A stretch of DNA of 64,000 nt from Thermoanaerobaculia bacterium (GCA_963664405.1 OY761158.1:800001-864000); one strand, 5' to 3'. Positions 1 through 11,606 are shown, numbered from the stretch's first letter. The notes: a model not told the origin generated them from the letters alone. A program made the numbers and translations.

Positions 1-340
1 CAATCGCCTTCTTGCCCCAAGAGCCGGTGAGGATGTACTGCGCGGCGGATTGCCGACCGCGAAGCAAGTTCATGGCGATCATCGAGAACTGCAAGCGGGC
101 GCCACCTTGCATGAACAGAACGCGGTAGTCGGCAGGGATCGAGAGCAGACGACGGAGATTTTCCTCGGCTTCCGCCAAGATCTCATCCATCGTCCCCGAG
201 CGATGACTGATCTCGAGAACAGACGCACCGGCTCCTGGATACGAGAGTAGATCTCGCTGGATCTCCCTCAGCACCGGCAGCGGCAGCGCCGCGGGCCCGG
301 GCGAGAAGTTGTATACGCGCTCGAGGGCCTTGTCGTGCAC
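1..340 (-). CDS. serC: Phosphoserine aminotransferase, 5' part (runs off window start)
   Basis: Not in the ORF track. Manual translation from GTG at 340 (GGAGG SD upstream): MHDKALERVYNFSPGPAALP...VLEISHRS...YRVLFMQGGARLQFSMIAMNLL...YILTGSWGKKAI, all hallmark SerC motifs. Confidence 0.93.
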   Translation of the reverse strand, partial: MHDKALERVYNFSPGPAALPLPVLREIQRDLLSYPGAGASVLEISHRSGTMDEILAEAEENLRRLLSIPADYRVLFMQGGARLQFSMIAMNLLRGRQSAAQYILTGSWGKKAI

Positions 341-386
341 TCGCTTACCTCCAGGCACGAGAGAGTATAGGAGAGCGGACCGGGGT

Positions 387-1469
387 TCAACGGCCTTCGA
401 GCTGGGAAAACGGAACCCGCTCTTCCAAATTCGCACGACGCTCCTCGCGGTCGAGTTTGGAGAGATCACGGACGCCGGCGTAGAAGCCCTCGAGATCTCC
501 TCCGTAGCTCTCGAGCAGCGCCTCGAAAGCGGGCACCAATTCGCTATAGGCGCCTACCGAAGCGAGGTGAGCGTTGTTGAGATCCCGAGCGAACCAGCTG
601 TCATAGCCGGCATAGTCACCCCAGCTCGCGCGAAGCTCCGCGTACTCTTCTTTCAAGGCGGCGAAGACATCCTGCTTGCCGGCCCTCTTGGCGTCCTCAG
701 TCGACTCCATCGAGTAGAGACTCTCCAGCCTCGCTCGATGAGCTAGCACCAACTCGGAGAACTGGCGTCCTCGCTCGCGCCGCTGGCGCGACTCGGCGAG
801 CTCCGCGAGCGCACCCCTCTGTCGCAGATAGCGCTCCAACCCTTCCAGCTCGACGGCGGTGGCAAAAGACTCGTTGAAGGAGGTATCGCCCTTGACATAG
901 ACCACTTGATGGGCGAGCTCGTGAAATATGAGACCCGCCAGCCGGGCTTCGTCCCAATGAATGAAAGTGGAGAGAAGAGGGTCGCGAAACCACCCCAGGG
1001 TCGAATAGGCAGCGATCCCCTCGACCGAGATGTCGTGTCCTGTCTTTGTGAGCTTGGCAGCGAATCGCTCTGCGCCGCGACGCGAGAAGTAGCCCCGGTA
1101 CGACACGCAGCCCGCCACCGGGAAGCACCACACCACCGGATTCACCGACAGCTCGGGCGCGGCAACCACATTCCACACCGCAAAAGGCCGGTCGAGCTCG
1201 ACGAAGCCTCGATAGCTCCCGTTGTCGGGCAAAGCGAGCTCCGCAGATGCAAAGTCTCGAATCTCGAGTGCTTGCGCGAGCTTCTTACGGGTCTCGGCCT
1301 CCACCGACTTGTCGTCGATCACCGATTCGAGCGACTGGCGCCGCAGGACCATGCCGAGCTGTCCTCGAATCGACTGACCGTAGAAACGGACACTCGAGCA
1401 GCTGAAGGCAAGAGCAGCAAGAGCAAGGGCAGCGGCTAAGAGCGTGCGCGGCAGTCGAGTCGTCACCAA
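387..1469 (-). CDS. Putative zinc aminopeptidase (lipoprotein-like)
   Basis: 360 aa; N-terminal signal with Cys; [28 protein letters not shown]...FNESFA gluzincin motif. Confidence 0.85.
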   Translation of the reverse strand: MVTTRLPRTLLAAALALAALAFSCSSVRFYGQSIRGQLGMVLRRQSLESVIDDKSVEAETRKKLAQALEIRDFASAELALPDNGSYRGFVELDRPFAVWNVVAAPELSVNPVVWCFPVAGCVSYRGYFSRRGAERFAAKLTKTGHDISVEGIAAYSTLGWFRDPLLSTFIHWDEARLAGLIFHELAHQVVYVKGDTSFNESFATAVELEGLERYLRQRGALAELAESRQRRERGRQFSELVLAHRARLESLYSMESTEDAKRAGKQDVFAALKEEYAELRASWGDYAGYDSWFARDLNNAHLASVGAYSELVPAFEALLESYGGDLEGFYAGVRDLSKLDREERRANLEERVPFSQLEGR

Positions 1470-3649
1470 CGATCGACTCCAGGCCTCCCCTCGCCCGCCG
1501 CGGGCTCGAGCAGGGCAATCTTCTCCGCCAGCTGATCAGGATCCGAGATCGGAAGCTCGCAGACGTAGTCGTGGCAGAGATATGCCGTGGCCGGCTCCGT
1601 CACTACGAGCTCTTCAAAGACCGCGAGTCGGCGAGCAAGGTATGACTGCCCCTCGCCCCCGTCCGCCAGCAGTACTACCCGCTGAGGCATCAGACGGCGC
1701 CGCAAGACAGCGAGCAGAGCGGCGGTCGAGTCCGACTCGGCGGCTCCCACCACAATCACCTGTATCGGTCGAGCGAGAACCAGGTCGAGGCCGACGAGCA
1801 TTTGAGGCACCGCGTGGGGGGCCTGATCGAGTAGGGACGAGGCTGCGGCGACGATCTCGGCTCCGCGATCACGCCACTCGGCTCGGCCAAGCATCGAGGA
1901 GAGCCGCAGCAGATTGAGCACGGAGATGGCGTTCCCAGAGGGCTCGGCGCCGTCATAGAGGTCCCTCGTACGCAGCAAGATCGAAGGGTCTTCGGCCGAG
2001 TCGAAGAAGGCGCCGCCTTCAGGATCTGAAAAGAGCTCTATCTGGACCTCCTGCAGCTCTTCGGCCCACTGCAACCAGGCGACGTCGAAATCGCTCTCAT
2101 AAAGGTCGAGCAGTCCCTGGACCAGGAAGGCGTGGTCATCGAGCTGCGCAGAGAAGCGCGCCTCGCCGTCGCGGAAACGGCGAAGCAGTCTCCGCTCCTC
2201 CGCTCGCCACAGATGCTGACGTAAGAAGAGCGCAGCATTGCGCCCCCCCTCCAGATCCTCCGCCCGGCCAAGAGCCTGATAGGCACGAGCGAAGGCCGAG
2301 ATCGTCAGGCCATTCCAGGCACTGATGACCTTGTCGTCCGAATAGGGTCGAGGACGCTGAGCTCGAGCTTCGACCAGCGTCTTCCGGCCGGCCTCGAGGC
2401 TGCCCAGAACCTCCTCCTCCGCGATGCCATGCCGCTCCGCCACCGTGCCCGCATCGCTTGCCATATACAGCACGTTGCGAGTGCCGAACTCTTGCTGAGG
2501 ATCCTGGATGGTGTTGCCTGCGGCACTAACGCCGTAGGTCTCGCAGAAAATCTCGCTCGCGTCTCCCAGGAGACCTTCGACCTCACTGCGCTCCCAAAGG
2601 TAGAAGGCACCTTCTTCCTTGTCGTCGGGGCGCTGCGGATCGGGCGCACTATCGGCATCCTCCGCGGAGCGAAAGCCTCCGCCGGTTGCTTGCATGTCGC
2701 GCCGTAGATAGTCGAGCACCTCTGTTGCCACTCGGGCGAAGAGAGGGTCGCCACAGATCTGGTAGGCCTCGATGAAAGAGATCCCCAGCTGCGCCTGGTC
2801 GTAGAGCATCTTCTCAAAATGGGCGACACGCCAGTAGGCGTCCACCGAGTAGCGATGGAACCCTCCACCCAAGTGGTCATAGATACCCCCCGCCCACATC
2901 TTACGGAGGCTGTCGACCACGATCTCGAGAGCGTCGCCGGCGCCTTCGCCTCCTCTCAACCCATAGCGAACGAGAAAGCCGAATGTCGAGGGCCGAGGGA
3001 ACTTGGGGGCGCTGCCGAAACCTCCCAAGCGACGGTCCCAAGTGTCGCGAAAGTGCCGAAAGCCGGCCTCCAGCGGCAGCGCGGAGGGCTCCTGAGCGGT
3101 CGATTCTCCGGCTGCGCTTTGAGAACGAAGGGCCTCGACGATCTGCTCTGCAGACTCCGTCACCCGCTGAGGCTCCTCGCTCCAAAAGCGATGGAGCCGA
3201 CGGAGAATCTGAGGAAAACCGGGGCGCCCATGACGAGGCTCCGGCGGAAAATAGGTGCCGGCATAGAAAGGCTTGCGCTCTTCGGTGAGCCATACCGACA
3301 GCGGCCAACCGCCACTCCCGGTCAGAGCCTGCACCGTCGACATATAGACGCGGTCGACGTCGGGGCGCTCCTCTCGATCGACCTTGATGTTGACGAAGAG
3401 CTCGTTCATCAGCGCGGCGATCTCGGGGTTCTCGAACGACTCCCTCTCCATGACATGACACCAATGACACGTCGAGTAACCGATCGAAAGAAAGATCGCT
3501 TTGCCCTCCTCTCGGGCGCACGAGAAGGCCTCTTCTCCCCACGGATACCAATCCACCGGATTCCAGGCATGCTGCAAGAGATACGGGCTCTTCTCCGACG
3601 CGAGCCGGTTGGCGGTGCGCTGCGAAGACGTGGAAGATGAGGAGGCCAT
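1463..3649 (-). CDS. Thioredoxin-domain protein, YyaL/SPATA20 (DUF255) family
   Basis: [54 protein letters not shown]. Start uncertain (3649, 3676 or 3697). Confidence 0.93.
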   Translation of the reverse strand: MASSSSTSSQRTANRLASEKSPYLLQHAWNPVDWYPWGEEAFSCAREEGKAIFLSIGYSTCHWCHVMERESFENPEIAALMNELFVNIKVDREERPDVDRVYMSTVQALTGSGGWPLSVWLTEERKPFYAGTYFPPEPRHGRPGFPQILRRLHRFWSEEPQRVTESAEQIVEALRSQSAAGESTAQEPSALPLEAGFRHFRDTWDRRLGGFGSAPKFPRPSTFGFLVRYGLRGGEGAGDALEIVVDSLRKMWAGGIYDHLGGGFHRYSVDAYWRVAHFEKMLYDQAQLGISFIEAYQICGDPLFARVATEVLDYLRRDMQATGGGFRSAEDADSAPDPQRPDDKEEGAFYLWERSEVEGLLGDASEIFCETYGVSAAGNTIQDPQQEFGTRNVLYMASDAGTVAERHGIAEEEVLGSLEAGRKTLVEARAQRPRPYSDDKVISAWNGLTISAFARAYQALGRAEDLEGGRNAALFLRQHLWRAEERRLLRRFRDGEARFSAQLDDHAFLVQGLLDLYESDFDVAWLQWAEELQEVQIELFSDPEGGAFFDSAEDPSILLRTRDLYDGAEPSGNAISVLNLLRLSSMLGRAEWRDRGAEIVAAASSLLDQAPHAVPQMLVGLDLVLARPIQVIVVGAAESDSTAALLAVLRRRLMPQRVVLLADGGEGQSYLARRLAVFEELVVTEPATAYLCHDYVCELPISDPDQLAEKIALLEPAAGEGRPGVDRW

Positions 3650-3748
3650 GGCCTGGCACCTACGGTGCGGCGTCATTGTAGCCCGCGCGGAGACCATGGC
3701 CGGCGCGGGGTCGACCGGCTGCTAGTATCGCCTTTTGCGGAGGCTGGC

Positions 3749-4981
3749 GTGATCTGGAAGCTCAAACTGCACTGGCAGGTCTTCATCGGGATGGGGGCCG
3801 GCGCCTTGGTCGCCATCTTCCTGCCCGATTTCGCCGGTCCCGCCGGCAAGCTCGGCGAGATTTTCCTCCGCCTGCTACGGATGGTGATCGTGCCCTTGAT
3901 CTTCACCTCCATCGTCACCGGCATATCGGGCATCGGCGACCCCCGGACCCTGGGCCGCCTGGGACTCAAGACGCTCGCCTACTACATCACCACCAGTCTC
4001 CTGGCTATCCTTCTCGGCCTGGGTCTGGCCAATATCCTCCAGCCGGGCCGCGGCATGGAGGTGGCGCCCGGCAGCGAGATCAGCGCCGACGAGCTCGAGC
4101 GACCTGGCTCTGTCGCCGAAGTGCTGATCCGGATGATCCCAGCGAATCCCGTTCGGGCGGCGACCGACGGAGACATTCTAGGCCTTATCTTCTTTGCCCT
4201 CGTCTTCGGGCTCGCCATCACCTTCTTACCCGAACGACCTCGCACCTTCTTGACCGACGGTTTCAAAGCCGCTTTCGAGGCCATGATGATCATGACCTCA
4301 GGCATCATCCGGGTCGCCCCGATCGGCGTCTTCGGTCTCATCGCCGGCGCTCTCTCGACGATGGGCTTGAGCGTCTTCGAGCAGGTGGGAAAGTACATGC
4401 TAACCGTCGCCCTCGGTCTGTTGCTCCACTTTGGCGTGATCCTCCCTGCCCTTTTCTTTCTGCTGACGCGAAGAAACCCCCTCGAGCACTACAGAGCGAT
4501 GTTCGCGCCGATGCAGCTGGCCTTCTCCACTAGTTCTTCGTCAGCCACCTTGCCGGCGACCATGAGAGCAGTCGAGACCAACGGAGGCGTCTCCAACAAA
4601 GTCGCCAGCTTCGTGCTCCCGTTGGGAGCCACCATCAACATGGACGGTACGGCCCTCTACGAGTGCGCCGGAGTGCTCTTTATCGCCCAGTCTCTCGGCG
4701 TAGATCTCACCGTCGGCCAACAGATATTGGTCGTGGTCACAGCCCTTCTTGCCTCGATCGGAGCGGCCGGCATCCCTTCGGCGGGCCTGGTCATGATCTT
4801 CATCGTCCTCGATGCGGTGAATCTCGATACCCCAGCCGCCTTCGCCCTCGTCGGCCTCATGCTCGCGGTCGATCGCCCGCTCGACATGTTCCGCACCGTG
4901 GTCAATATCACCAGCGATTCGATCGGTGCGGCCGTCATCGCCCACTCCGAGGGTGAGACGCTGCATTACCGGGATCCGTAG
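3749..4981 (+). CDS. Dicarboxylate/amino acid:cation symporter (DAACS family)
   Basis: AFSTSSSSATLP, LPLGATINMDGTAL, DRPLDMFRTVVNITSD; GTG start at 3749 follows GGAGG. Confidence 0.93.
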   Translation: MIWKLKLHWQVFIGMGAGALVAIFLPDFAGPAGKLGEIFLRLLRMVIVPLIFTSIVTGISGIGDPRTLGRLGLKTLAYYITTSLLAILLGLGLANILQPGRGMEVAPGSEISADELERPGSVAEVLIRMIPANPVRAATDGDILGLIFFALVFGLAITFLPERPRTFLTDGFKAAFEAMMIMTSGIIRVAPIGVFGLIAGALSTMGLSVFEQVGKYMLTVALGLLLHFGVILPALFFLLTRRNPLEHYRAMFAPMQLAFSTSSSSATLPATMRAVETNGGVSNKVASFVLPLGATINMDGTALYECAGVLFIAQSLGVDLTVGQQILVVVTALLASIGAAGIPSAGLVMIFIVLDAVNLDTPAAFALVGLMLAVDRPLDMFRTVVNITSDSIGAAVIAHSEGETLHYRDP

Positions 4982-4993
4982 GAGACCATAACC

Positions 4994-5857
4994 ATGCCCG
5001 ATCTCGACGACTTTGATCTCCGGGACTCCGACCCGCCGGAATCGCAACTCGAGCAGCCCACAGCGGACAACGACGGGCCTCAGCGCTCCAGCCGGATGCT
5101 GGTGGCGGGGGGAATCGGCATCGTCATCGTAGTCATTGTTGCCTTCTGGGGACTGTCGCGGACAGTCGAGACTCCAGTACCGGAGCAAGTCGTGCGGCCT
5201 GCTCCTGTTGCAGAGCCCACTCCGGCCCCTCCCCCGCGAGTCGAGGTGGCCGCGGCGGACGAAGGACCGCTCCCCGACCTGGAGGACAGCGACGGCCTGG
5301 TAACCGAAATACTTCGGGGCCTTTCGAGCAGTTCCGCCCTCCTTCGCTGGCTCACCGAACCTGGCCTGGTCGAGCGTTTCGTCGCCAGTATCGAAAATGT
5401 CAGCGTGGGCTCCAGCCCCCGCTCGAACCTATCGGCGATGGCGCCCCGGGGGAAGTACCAGGTCCGAAACCGCGACGGTGTTCTCGAGACAGATCCCTCG
5501 AGCTACCAACGCTACAACGTCGTCACTCAAGTCTTCACCAGTCTGAATCCGCAAGCGACGGCGGCGGTATACAAGCGCTTGCGACCGCTCCTTCAAGAGG
5601 CCTTTTTGGACCTCGGCTATCCCGGTCAGGAGTTCGAGGACATTCTCGCTGAAGCCTTCAACACCCTCCTGGAAACTCCCATCCCGGCGAGTCCACCGAC
5701 GCTCGAAGGCAGTGTCGGCATCTACCACTACGCCGACGACGAGCTCGAATCGTCACTCCCTGCCCAGAAGCTGATGTTGCGTATGGGGCCCGACAACCAG
5801 CGACAGATCAAGGCTCAGCTGCGCCGCTTAGCCGCCGCTATCGGCCTCGAGCTCTAG
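4994..5857 (+). CDS. DUF3014-like single-pass membrane protein
   Basis: One TM helix, Pro-rich linker, PLPDLEDSD, SYQRY, LGYP, AQKLMLRMGPDN motifs. Confidence 0.8.
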   Translation: MPDLDDFDLRDSDPPESQLEQPTADNDGPQRSSRMLVAGGIGIVIVVIVAFWGLSRTVETPVPEQVVRPAPVAEPTPAPPPRVEVAAADEGPLPDLEDSDGLVTEILRGLSSSSALLRWLTEPGLVERFVASIENVSVGSSPRSNLSAMAPRGKYQVRNRDGVLETDPSSYQRYNVVTQVFTSLNPQATAAVYKRLRPLLQEAFLDLGYPGQEFEDILAEAFNTLLETPIPASPPTLEGSVGIYHYADDELESSLPAQKLMLRMGPDNQRQIKAQLRRLAAAIGLEL

Positions 5858-5884
5858 AGCTCGGGCTTCCGGGAGGGGAAAGAC

Positions 5885-7795
5885 GTGACGGATCGCAAAG
5901 AAGCGACTCGCTTTACGGAGCAGGCAAACTCGGAGGTCCTCGGAGACTCCGACCTGGACTGGACCGACTCGCGCGATTTCGACTTCGCGAACCGGGGTCT
6001 GGTCTCGCGGGTCGAGAACCTGCGGATCGAGGGAGCTCGAGGCCGAACCGTTTGGAGCCTCGACGACTATGCCTTCCTGGAGCAAGAGGAAGCCCCGCCA
6101 TCGGTCAACCCGAGTCTGTGGCGCCAAGCGCGCCTCAACATGATTCACGGCCTCTTCCAGATCCACGAGCGTATCTACCAGGTTCGCGGCCACGATCTGT
6201 CGGTCGTCACTTTCCTCGTCGGCGACAGCGGTCTGATCGTCATCGACCCGCTGATCTCCGCCGAGACCGCTCGCTCGGCCCTGGCGCTGGTCACCGACCA
6301 CCTCGGCGATCGGCCGGTGGTGGCGGTGATCTACACCCACTGTCACGTCGACCACTATGGCGGCGTCGAAGGAGTGACGACGCGAGAAAATGTGGCCGCA
6401 GGGAGAGTTCGAGTGCTCGCCCCCGAGGGATTCACCGACGCGGCGATCTCTGAGAACGTGATCGCCGGCAACGTGATGACCCGCCGGGCGATGTACATGT
6501 ACGGCAACCTGTTGCCGAAGGACGAAAAAGGCCAGGTCGATGCGGGCCTGGGCAAGACGACTTCGATGGGCAGCGTCTCGCTAATCGAGCCCACCGAATC
6601 GATCGTCGAGACCGGCACCACCAAGAATATCGACGGCATCGAGATCACCTTCCAGGTGACCCCGGACACCGAAGCGCCGGCGGAGATGAACTTCTTCTTT
6701 CCCCAGTTCAACGTCTTGTGCATGGCCGAGAACTGTTCTCACAACCAACACAACCTCTATACCCTTCGTGGTGCACAGGTACGCGACGCTAGAGCCTGGT
6801 CGCACTACATGAACGAGTCGCTCGAGCTCTTTGCCGACCGCTCGGACCTGGTCTTCACCAGTCATCACTGGCCGGTATGGGGAAAGAGTCTCGTGCGCGA
6901 GTACCTCACCAAGCAGCGCGACATGTATCGCTACCTCCACGATCAGACTCTACGTCTGGCCAATCACGGATTGACCATGGACGAGATCGCCGAAGAGATC
7001 GAGCTACCACCGAGCCTCGCCGGCGAGTGGTACAACCGCTCCTACTACGGCAGCGTCAACCACAACTCCAAAGCGGTGTATCAGCGCTACCTGGGGTTTT
7101 TCGACGGCAACCCGTCGAACCTGCATCGGCTGCCGCCGGAGGAAGCAGGCAAGAAATACGTCGAGCTCGCCGGCGGGCCTAACGCTCTTCTCGACCACGC
7201 GCGAGAGGCCTTCGAGCAGGGGCAGTACCGCTGGGTTGCGGAAGTCACCAACCACCTCGTCTTTGCCGACCCTGCAAACGCGGAGGCCCGCAACCTCGCA
7301 GCCGATGCCCTGGAACAGCTCGGTTATCAGGCGGAGCCGGCGCCTTGGCGCAACTTCTATCTCACAGGTGCCCAAGAGCTGCGCGCCTGGGTTCCGCGTG
7401 AGAGCCAACCCTCGAGGAGCGCCCCGGCAAGCAGCATCGTCCGCTCGATGAGTCTCGAGCGTCTCTTCGACTATCTCGCCGTGCGTCTCAACGGCCCCGA
7501 CGCCGAAGGCAAGCGGATCGCAATCGATCTCGAGCTCACCGACACTGGTGAGCGGGCAGGTATTCTGGTCGAAAACTGTGTGCTCAACGCCTCGATCGAA
7601 ACTCTAGGGGGAGCCGCAGACGCGGCGCTGGCCTTGACCCGGCCGGTACTGAACGAAATCGTTCTCGGTCGTACGTCGCTGAGCGAGAAGATCGAGGAGG
7701 GCCAAGCGGCGGTCAACGGCGATGCGGGAAAAATCGAGGACTTCCTCTCCTTGCTCGACCGTTTCGATCGTCACTTCGCCATTGTCACGCCCTAG
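5885..7795 (+). CDS. Alkyl sulfatase (SdsA1/BDS1-like; MBL fold, dimerisation and SCP2 domains)
   Basis: VNPSLWRQARLN, THCHVDH, TPDTEAPAEM, HNLYTLRGAQVRDA, SHHWP, YYGSVNHN. Confidence 0.93.
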   Translation: MTDRKEATRFTEQANSEVLGDSDLDWTDSRDFDFANRGLVSRVENLRIEGARGRTVWSLDDYAFLEQEEAPPSVNPSLWRQARLNMIHGLFQIHERIYQVRGHDLSVVTFLVGDSGLIVIDPLISAETARSALALVTDHLGDRPVVAVIYTHCHVDHYGGVEGVTTRENVAAGRVRVLAPEGFTDAAISENVIAGNVMTRRAMYMYGNLLPKDEKGQVDAGLGKTTSMGSVSLIEPTESIVETGTTKNIDGIEITFQVTPDTEAPAEMNFFFPQFNVLCMAENCSHNQHNLYTLRGAQVRDARAWSHYMNESLELFADRSDLVFTSHHWPVWGKSLVREYLTKQRDMYRYLHDQTLRLANHGLTMDEIAEEIELPPSLAGEWYNRSYYGSVNHNSKAVYQRYLGFFDGNPSNLHRLPPEEAGKKYVELAGGPNALLDHAREAFEQGQYRWVAEVTNHLVFADPANAEARNLAADALEQLGYQAEPAPWRNFYLTGAQELRAWVPRESQPSRSAPASSIVRSMSLERLFDYLAVRLNGPDAEGKRIAIDLELTDTGERAGILVENCVLNASIETLGGAADAALALTRPVLNEIVLGRTSLSEKIEEGQAAVNGDAGKIEDFLSLLDRFDRHFAIVTP

Positions 7796-7820
7796 GGGCG
7801 TTTTCCAAGGGAGCGACCAG

Positions 7821-8183
7821 ATGAAAGAAAGCCTGCAGATCGGCCTCAGCGGCGAGAACACCTACACCATCACTGACGACATGGCTCCCCCTCATCTACC
7901 TGCGAAGGTGTTGTCGACGCCGGCCATGGTCGGTCTCATCGAAGGCACCTGCCTGCAGACTGCCCAAGCCCATCTCGACGAGGGCGAGACCACCGTCGGC
8001 GTGCACGTGAACGTCTCCCATACCGGCCCCGCGATGTCCGGAGAGGAAGTGACGGTGAAGGCCAGACTCTCGGAGCTGGACCGGCGGCGTCAGACCTGGG
8101 AGATCGAGGTGCTCTCTCCGCGAGGCTCGATCAGCGAAGGTACCCACAAGCGGGTGGTCGTCGACACCAGCCGCTTCGGCTGA
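7821..8183 (+). CDS. Hotdog-fold thioesterase (FlK-like)
   Basis: VLSTPAMVGLIE, TTVGVHVNVSH, GTHKR; ATG at 7821 after GGGAG. Confidence 0.85.
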   Translation: MKESLQIGLSGENTYTITDDMAPPHLPAKVLSTPAMVGLIEGTCLQTAQAHLDEGETTVGVHVNVSHTGPAMSGEEVTVKARLSELDRRRQTWEIEVLSPRGSISEGTHKRVVVDTSRFG

Positions 8184-8218
8184 GCCAGTCGTTCATCAAG
8201 CTTGTTACCATTCGCCCT

Positions 8219-8719
8219 GTGGAGCATGAAAAGCGGGAGATCCTCCGCCACTTCCTTGCCGCCCTGGCGTACAGAACTCAGAAGGCAGTTCGAGATGCCC
8301 CCGCCTCCTATGCTTCCTTCGAGGCCGGACGAGGGGTTCGCACGCCGCACGACCTCGTGGTGCACATGGACAGCGTGCTCGGCTACGCCCGCACCTTCTT
8401 CATTGGAGGGAGCTATCGCCCTAAGCGAGTTCAGGACTTCGAGGCCCAGGTTCGCCTCTTCCACGACATGCTTCGGAGCCTCGCCGACCACTTGGAACAA
8501 GGCACCCCCTTTGGCGACACAACCCCGGAACGGATGCTCCAGGGACCTTTCGCCGATGCGATGACCCACGCCGGCCAGCTCGCGATGCTGCGGCGTCTGG
8601 CTGGAGCTCCGATTCCGCCGGAGAACTTCATTCTCGCGGCGGTCGAGGCCGAGAATCTGGGTCCTGATCAAGCTGCGCCGGTGGCTCCGGACAAAGTCTG
8701 GCCGGAACGAGACCTGTGA
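8219..8719 (+). CDS. Hypothetical protein, DinB-like four-helix bundle
   Basis: RHFLAALAYRT...LQGPFADAMTHAGQLAMLRRLAG; overlaps the next gene by GTGA. Confidence 0.7.
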   Translation: MEHEKREILRHFLAALAYRTQKAVRDAPASYASFEAGRGVRTPHDLVVHMDSVLGYARTFFIGGSYRPKRVQDFEAQVRLFHDMLRSLADHLEQGTPFGDTTPERMLQGPFADAMTHAGQLAMLRRLAGAPIPPENFILAAVEAENLGPDQAAPVAPDKVWPERDL

Positions 8720-9966
8720 GCGAAACCCGACTCTCCCTCTCGCGCGGGTCCGAGGCAGTATTCTTAGTCCTAGCGACACTGATCTGCGTAGGCGCCCAGG
8801 CCGAGGACTGGCCTCAATTCCGCGGACCCACCGGGCAGGGGCACTCGACCGAGACCGGGCTCCCGACCGAGTGGAGCGAGTCGCACAACATAATCTGGAA
8901 GACCGAGGTGGTGGGATCGGGGTGGTCGTCGCCGGTCGTCGCGGACGGACGGATCTGGTTGACCACGGCGGTCGAGGCGGGAGGCGTGTCGCTGCGAGTG
9001 CTCGCCTTCGACGTCGATACCGGCAAGGAGGTCGCGAACCGCGAAGTCTTCAGGCTCGAGGATGCCAAGCTCCTCAACCCAAAGAACAGTCATGCTTCGC
9101 CGACGCCCATTGTCGAAGCCGACTCGATCTATGTTCACTTCGGCGCCGACGGCACGGCGGCTCTGACCACAGCCGGCGAGGTTCTCTGGCAGACCCGCCT
9201 TCCCTATCGCTCGCAGCACGGCAACGGTGGATCCGCGACCCTCTACAAAGACCTCCTGATCGTCAGCTGTGACGGCAGCGACACCGCCTTCGTTGCCGCT
9301 CTCGACAAGCGGACCGGTGAGATCCGCTGGAAGACACCGCGCCGACACCCCATCGCCCAGGCCTACTCGACACCGCTGGTGATCGAGGTTGCGGGGAAAG
9401 ACCAGGTCGTCAGCGTCGGAGCCTTTCGCGTCACCGGCTACGACCCCGCTTCAGGCGAGGAGATCTGGCGCGTGGGCTACAGAGACGGCTTTTCCAACGT
9501 GCCCCGCCCCGTCTACGGCCAAGGCCTCGTTTACATCGCCACCGGCTTTCAGATACCCACGCTCCTGGCCATTCGCCCGGATGGCGAGGGCGACACGACG
9601 AAGACGCACGTCGCCTGGACCCTGAAGCGAGGGGCTCCGCATACCCCTTCCCCGCTCCTTGTCGGCAAGGAGCTCTATGTCGTCAGCGACATGGGCATCG
9701 CCACCTGCCTCGACGCGAAGACCGGGGAAACCCATTGGCAGCACCGGCTCGGCGGCAATTACTCTGCATCGCCGGTCTATGCCGAGGGGCGAATCTACTT
9801 CCAAAGCGAAGCTGGCGCGACGATGGTGATCGAACCAGGCACGACCTTTCGGCAACTGGCGAAGAACGAACTCGACGATGTGACACTCGCCTCGATGGCA
9901 GTCTCGCAGGCGTCGATTTTCATTCGATCTCGCGCTCACCTCTACCGCATAGGAACGCAGAGATAG
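8716..9966 (+). CDS. PQQ-like beta-propeller repeat protein (secreted)
   Basis: Signal peptide, DWPQFRGP, WSSP, repeated D..TG...W blades. Confidence 0.88.
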   Translation: MSETRLSLSRGSEAVFLVLATLICVGAQAEDWPQFRGPTGQGHSTETGLPTEWSESHNIIWKTEVVGSGWSSPVVADGRIWLTTAVEAGGVSLRVLAFDVDTGKEVANREVFRLEDAKLLNPKNSHASPTPIVEADSIYVHFGADGTAALTTAGEVLWQTRLPYRSQHGNGGSATLYKDLLIVSCDGSDTAFVAALDKRTGEIRWKTPRRHPIAQAYSTPLVIEVAGKDQVVSVGAFRVTGYDPASGEEIWRVGYRDGFSNVPRPVYGQGLVYIATGFQIPTLLAIRPDGEGDTTKTHVAWTLKRGAPHTPSPLLVGKELYVVSDMGIATCLDAKTGETHWQHRLGGNYSASPVYAEGRIYFQSEAGATMVIEPGTTFRQLAKNELDDVTLASMAVSQASIFIRSRAHLYRIGTQR

Positions 9967-10061
9967 CCGCCCAACCGCGATCCGCGGGTGGTAACGTACC
10001 GCCGCTGACGGCTGCAGTGTGTCTCGAGGCAAAATAGCCTCGGTCGAAGAGGAGAAAAAGC

Positions 10062-10337
10062 ATGAATCGATACATCATCGAAAGAGACATTCCCGCAATC
10101 GGAAGCGCCGAACGCGACGACCTACGAGCCGCGGCCCAGAAGTCGAATGAGGCCCTCGCCGAGCTCGGTCCCGACATTCAGTGGGCCGAGTCCTTCGTGG
10201 CCGGCGACAAGACCTTCTGTGTCTATCTGGCGAAGGACGAAGCGATCATCCACGAGCACGCGAGAATCAGCGGCTTTCCGGCTACCAAGGTGACCGAGAT
10301 CCGCAAGATGATCGATCCCACCACCGCCGAAGGCTGA
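10062..10337 (+). CDS. DUF4242 family small protein
   Basis: MNRYIIERDIP...IQWAESFV..DKTFCVYLA...HARISGFPA; strong SD (GAGGAG). Confidence 0.85.
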   Translation: MNRYIIERDIPAIGSAERDDLRAAAQKSNEALAELGPDIQWAESFVAGDKTFCVYLAKDEAIIHEHARISGFPATKVTEIRKMIDPTTAEG

Positions 10338-10479
10338 GCCACAGGCATCAACGAGCCCTTCGAAACAGGATCGAGCCTGGAATCGTCCTAACTCCCTAGA
10401 GGGGTGTTCTAGACTCTCGATTCGACTTTTCCCACCGAAGTCGAACTTCGCTCCCTGATCTGCGTAAGAAAGTTCGTCG

Positions 10480-11601
10480 ATGAAAAGGCTGCTCCTTACA
10501 GCGCTGCTCGTCTGTACCCTCCCCTCCTGCGCCAAACGCGAAGCGGAGGGCATCGACAGTTTGATGAAGGAGGACGTCTACGGGGGCGCCATCCCCGTAG
10601 AGACCTTGACTCTGGTGCCGCGAACCTTCGAGGATCGCTTCGAGGCCGCCGGCGTCATCGAAGCCGAAGAAGAAGTCACGGTCAGCGCGGAGATCGCACA
10701 TGCTATCTCCAAGATCCACTACGAGATGGGCGACAAGGTCCACCGTGGCGCCCTGCTCGTCAACCTCGACGACAGCGAAGTCCGCGCCCGCATCAGGAAG
10801 ATAGAAGCCCAGCTTGCGCGCACTCACACCCAGCTGACCTGGGCCTTGAAGGACCTCGACCGTCAGGAGCGCCTCTTCGCGACCGAGGTTGCGGCGGAGC
10901 GCGCCTTCGACGAAGCCAAACGGATGGTCGACACCAGCCGGGACGAAGTGGCGGCCGCCGAGGCGGATCTCGAGATCGCTCAGGTCGAGCTCTCCCGCTG
11001 CCAGATCAAGAGCCCCATCTCCGGCACGATCTCGCAGCGTTACGTGGCTTCGGGAGAGTACGTGAGAGAGGGCACGGAGCTCTACGACATCGTGGCCACC
11101 GACCGGGTCAAGTTCGTCTTCTCGCTGGCGGAGCGGGACATCACCGCCGTGAGCCGAGATCAGATCCTTCCTGTACGCATCGACGCCCACGACGAAGAAG
11201 CGTTCTCGGGACCGATTCGTGCGATCTCTCCGGCAGGATCGAAGCAGACCCGCACTTTTCGCGTCGAGATCGAGATCCTCAACGACAACGAAGCTAGACT
11301 CCTGCCTGGCATGTCAGGACGCACCGATGTCGTCCGGCGCAAGTTTGCCGATGTCTTCCTGCTTCCGGAAGAGGCCATTCTGCGCGACGAGGAGGGCAGC
11401 TACGTCTACCTCGCGGCCGACACGGAAGCGAAGAGAGCCGTCGTGACCATCCTCTCGCAGGTCGGTGACAAGGCCGTCGTCGCCAGCTCTCTCGGCGGCA
11501 GCCTCGACTGCATCATCCTCGGTCAGTCGGCAGTCGAGCCTGGATCGACGATCCGGGTCCGCCGCCGACACCAGGACATCCCGGAAGTTCGCTTCGACTG
11601 A
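10480..11601 (+). CDS. RND efflux periplasmic adaptor (MFP) lipoprotein
   Basis: Lipobox-like LPSC, alpha-hairpin, IKSPISG, TRTF, LLPGM. Confidence 0.92.
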   Translation: MKRLLLTALLVCTLPSCAKREAEGIDSLMKEDVYGGAIPVETLTLVPRTFEDRFEAAGVIEAEEEVTVSAEIAHAISKIHYEMGDKVHRGALLVNLDDSEVRARIRKIEAQLARTHTQLTWALKDLDRQERLFATEVAAERAFDEAKRMVDTSRDEVAAAEADLEIAQVELSRCQIKSPISGTISQRYVASGEYVREGTELYDIVATDRVKFVFSLAERDITAVSRDQILPVRIDAHDEEAFSGPIRAISPAGSKQTRTFRVEIEILNDNEARLLPGMSGRTDVVRRKFADVFLLPEEAILRDEEGSYVYLAADTEAKRAVVTILSQVGDKAVVASSLGGSLDCIILGQSAVEPGSTIRVRRRHQDIPEVRFD

Positions 11602-11606
11602 GACAC

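Noticed and set aside
9967-10479. Riboswitch or sRNA in the intergenic hairpins around the DUF4242 gene
   Set aside because: Only short generic stems; no recognisable aptamer consensus.
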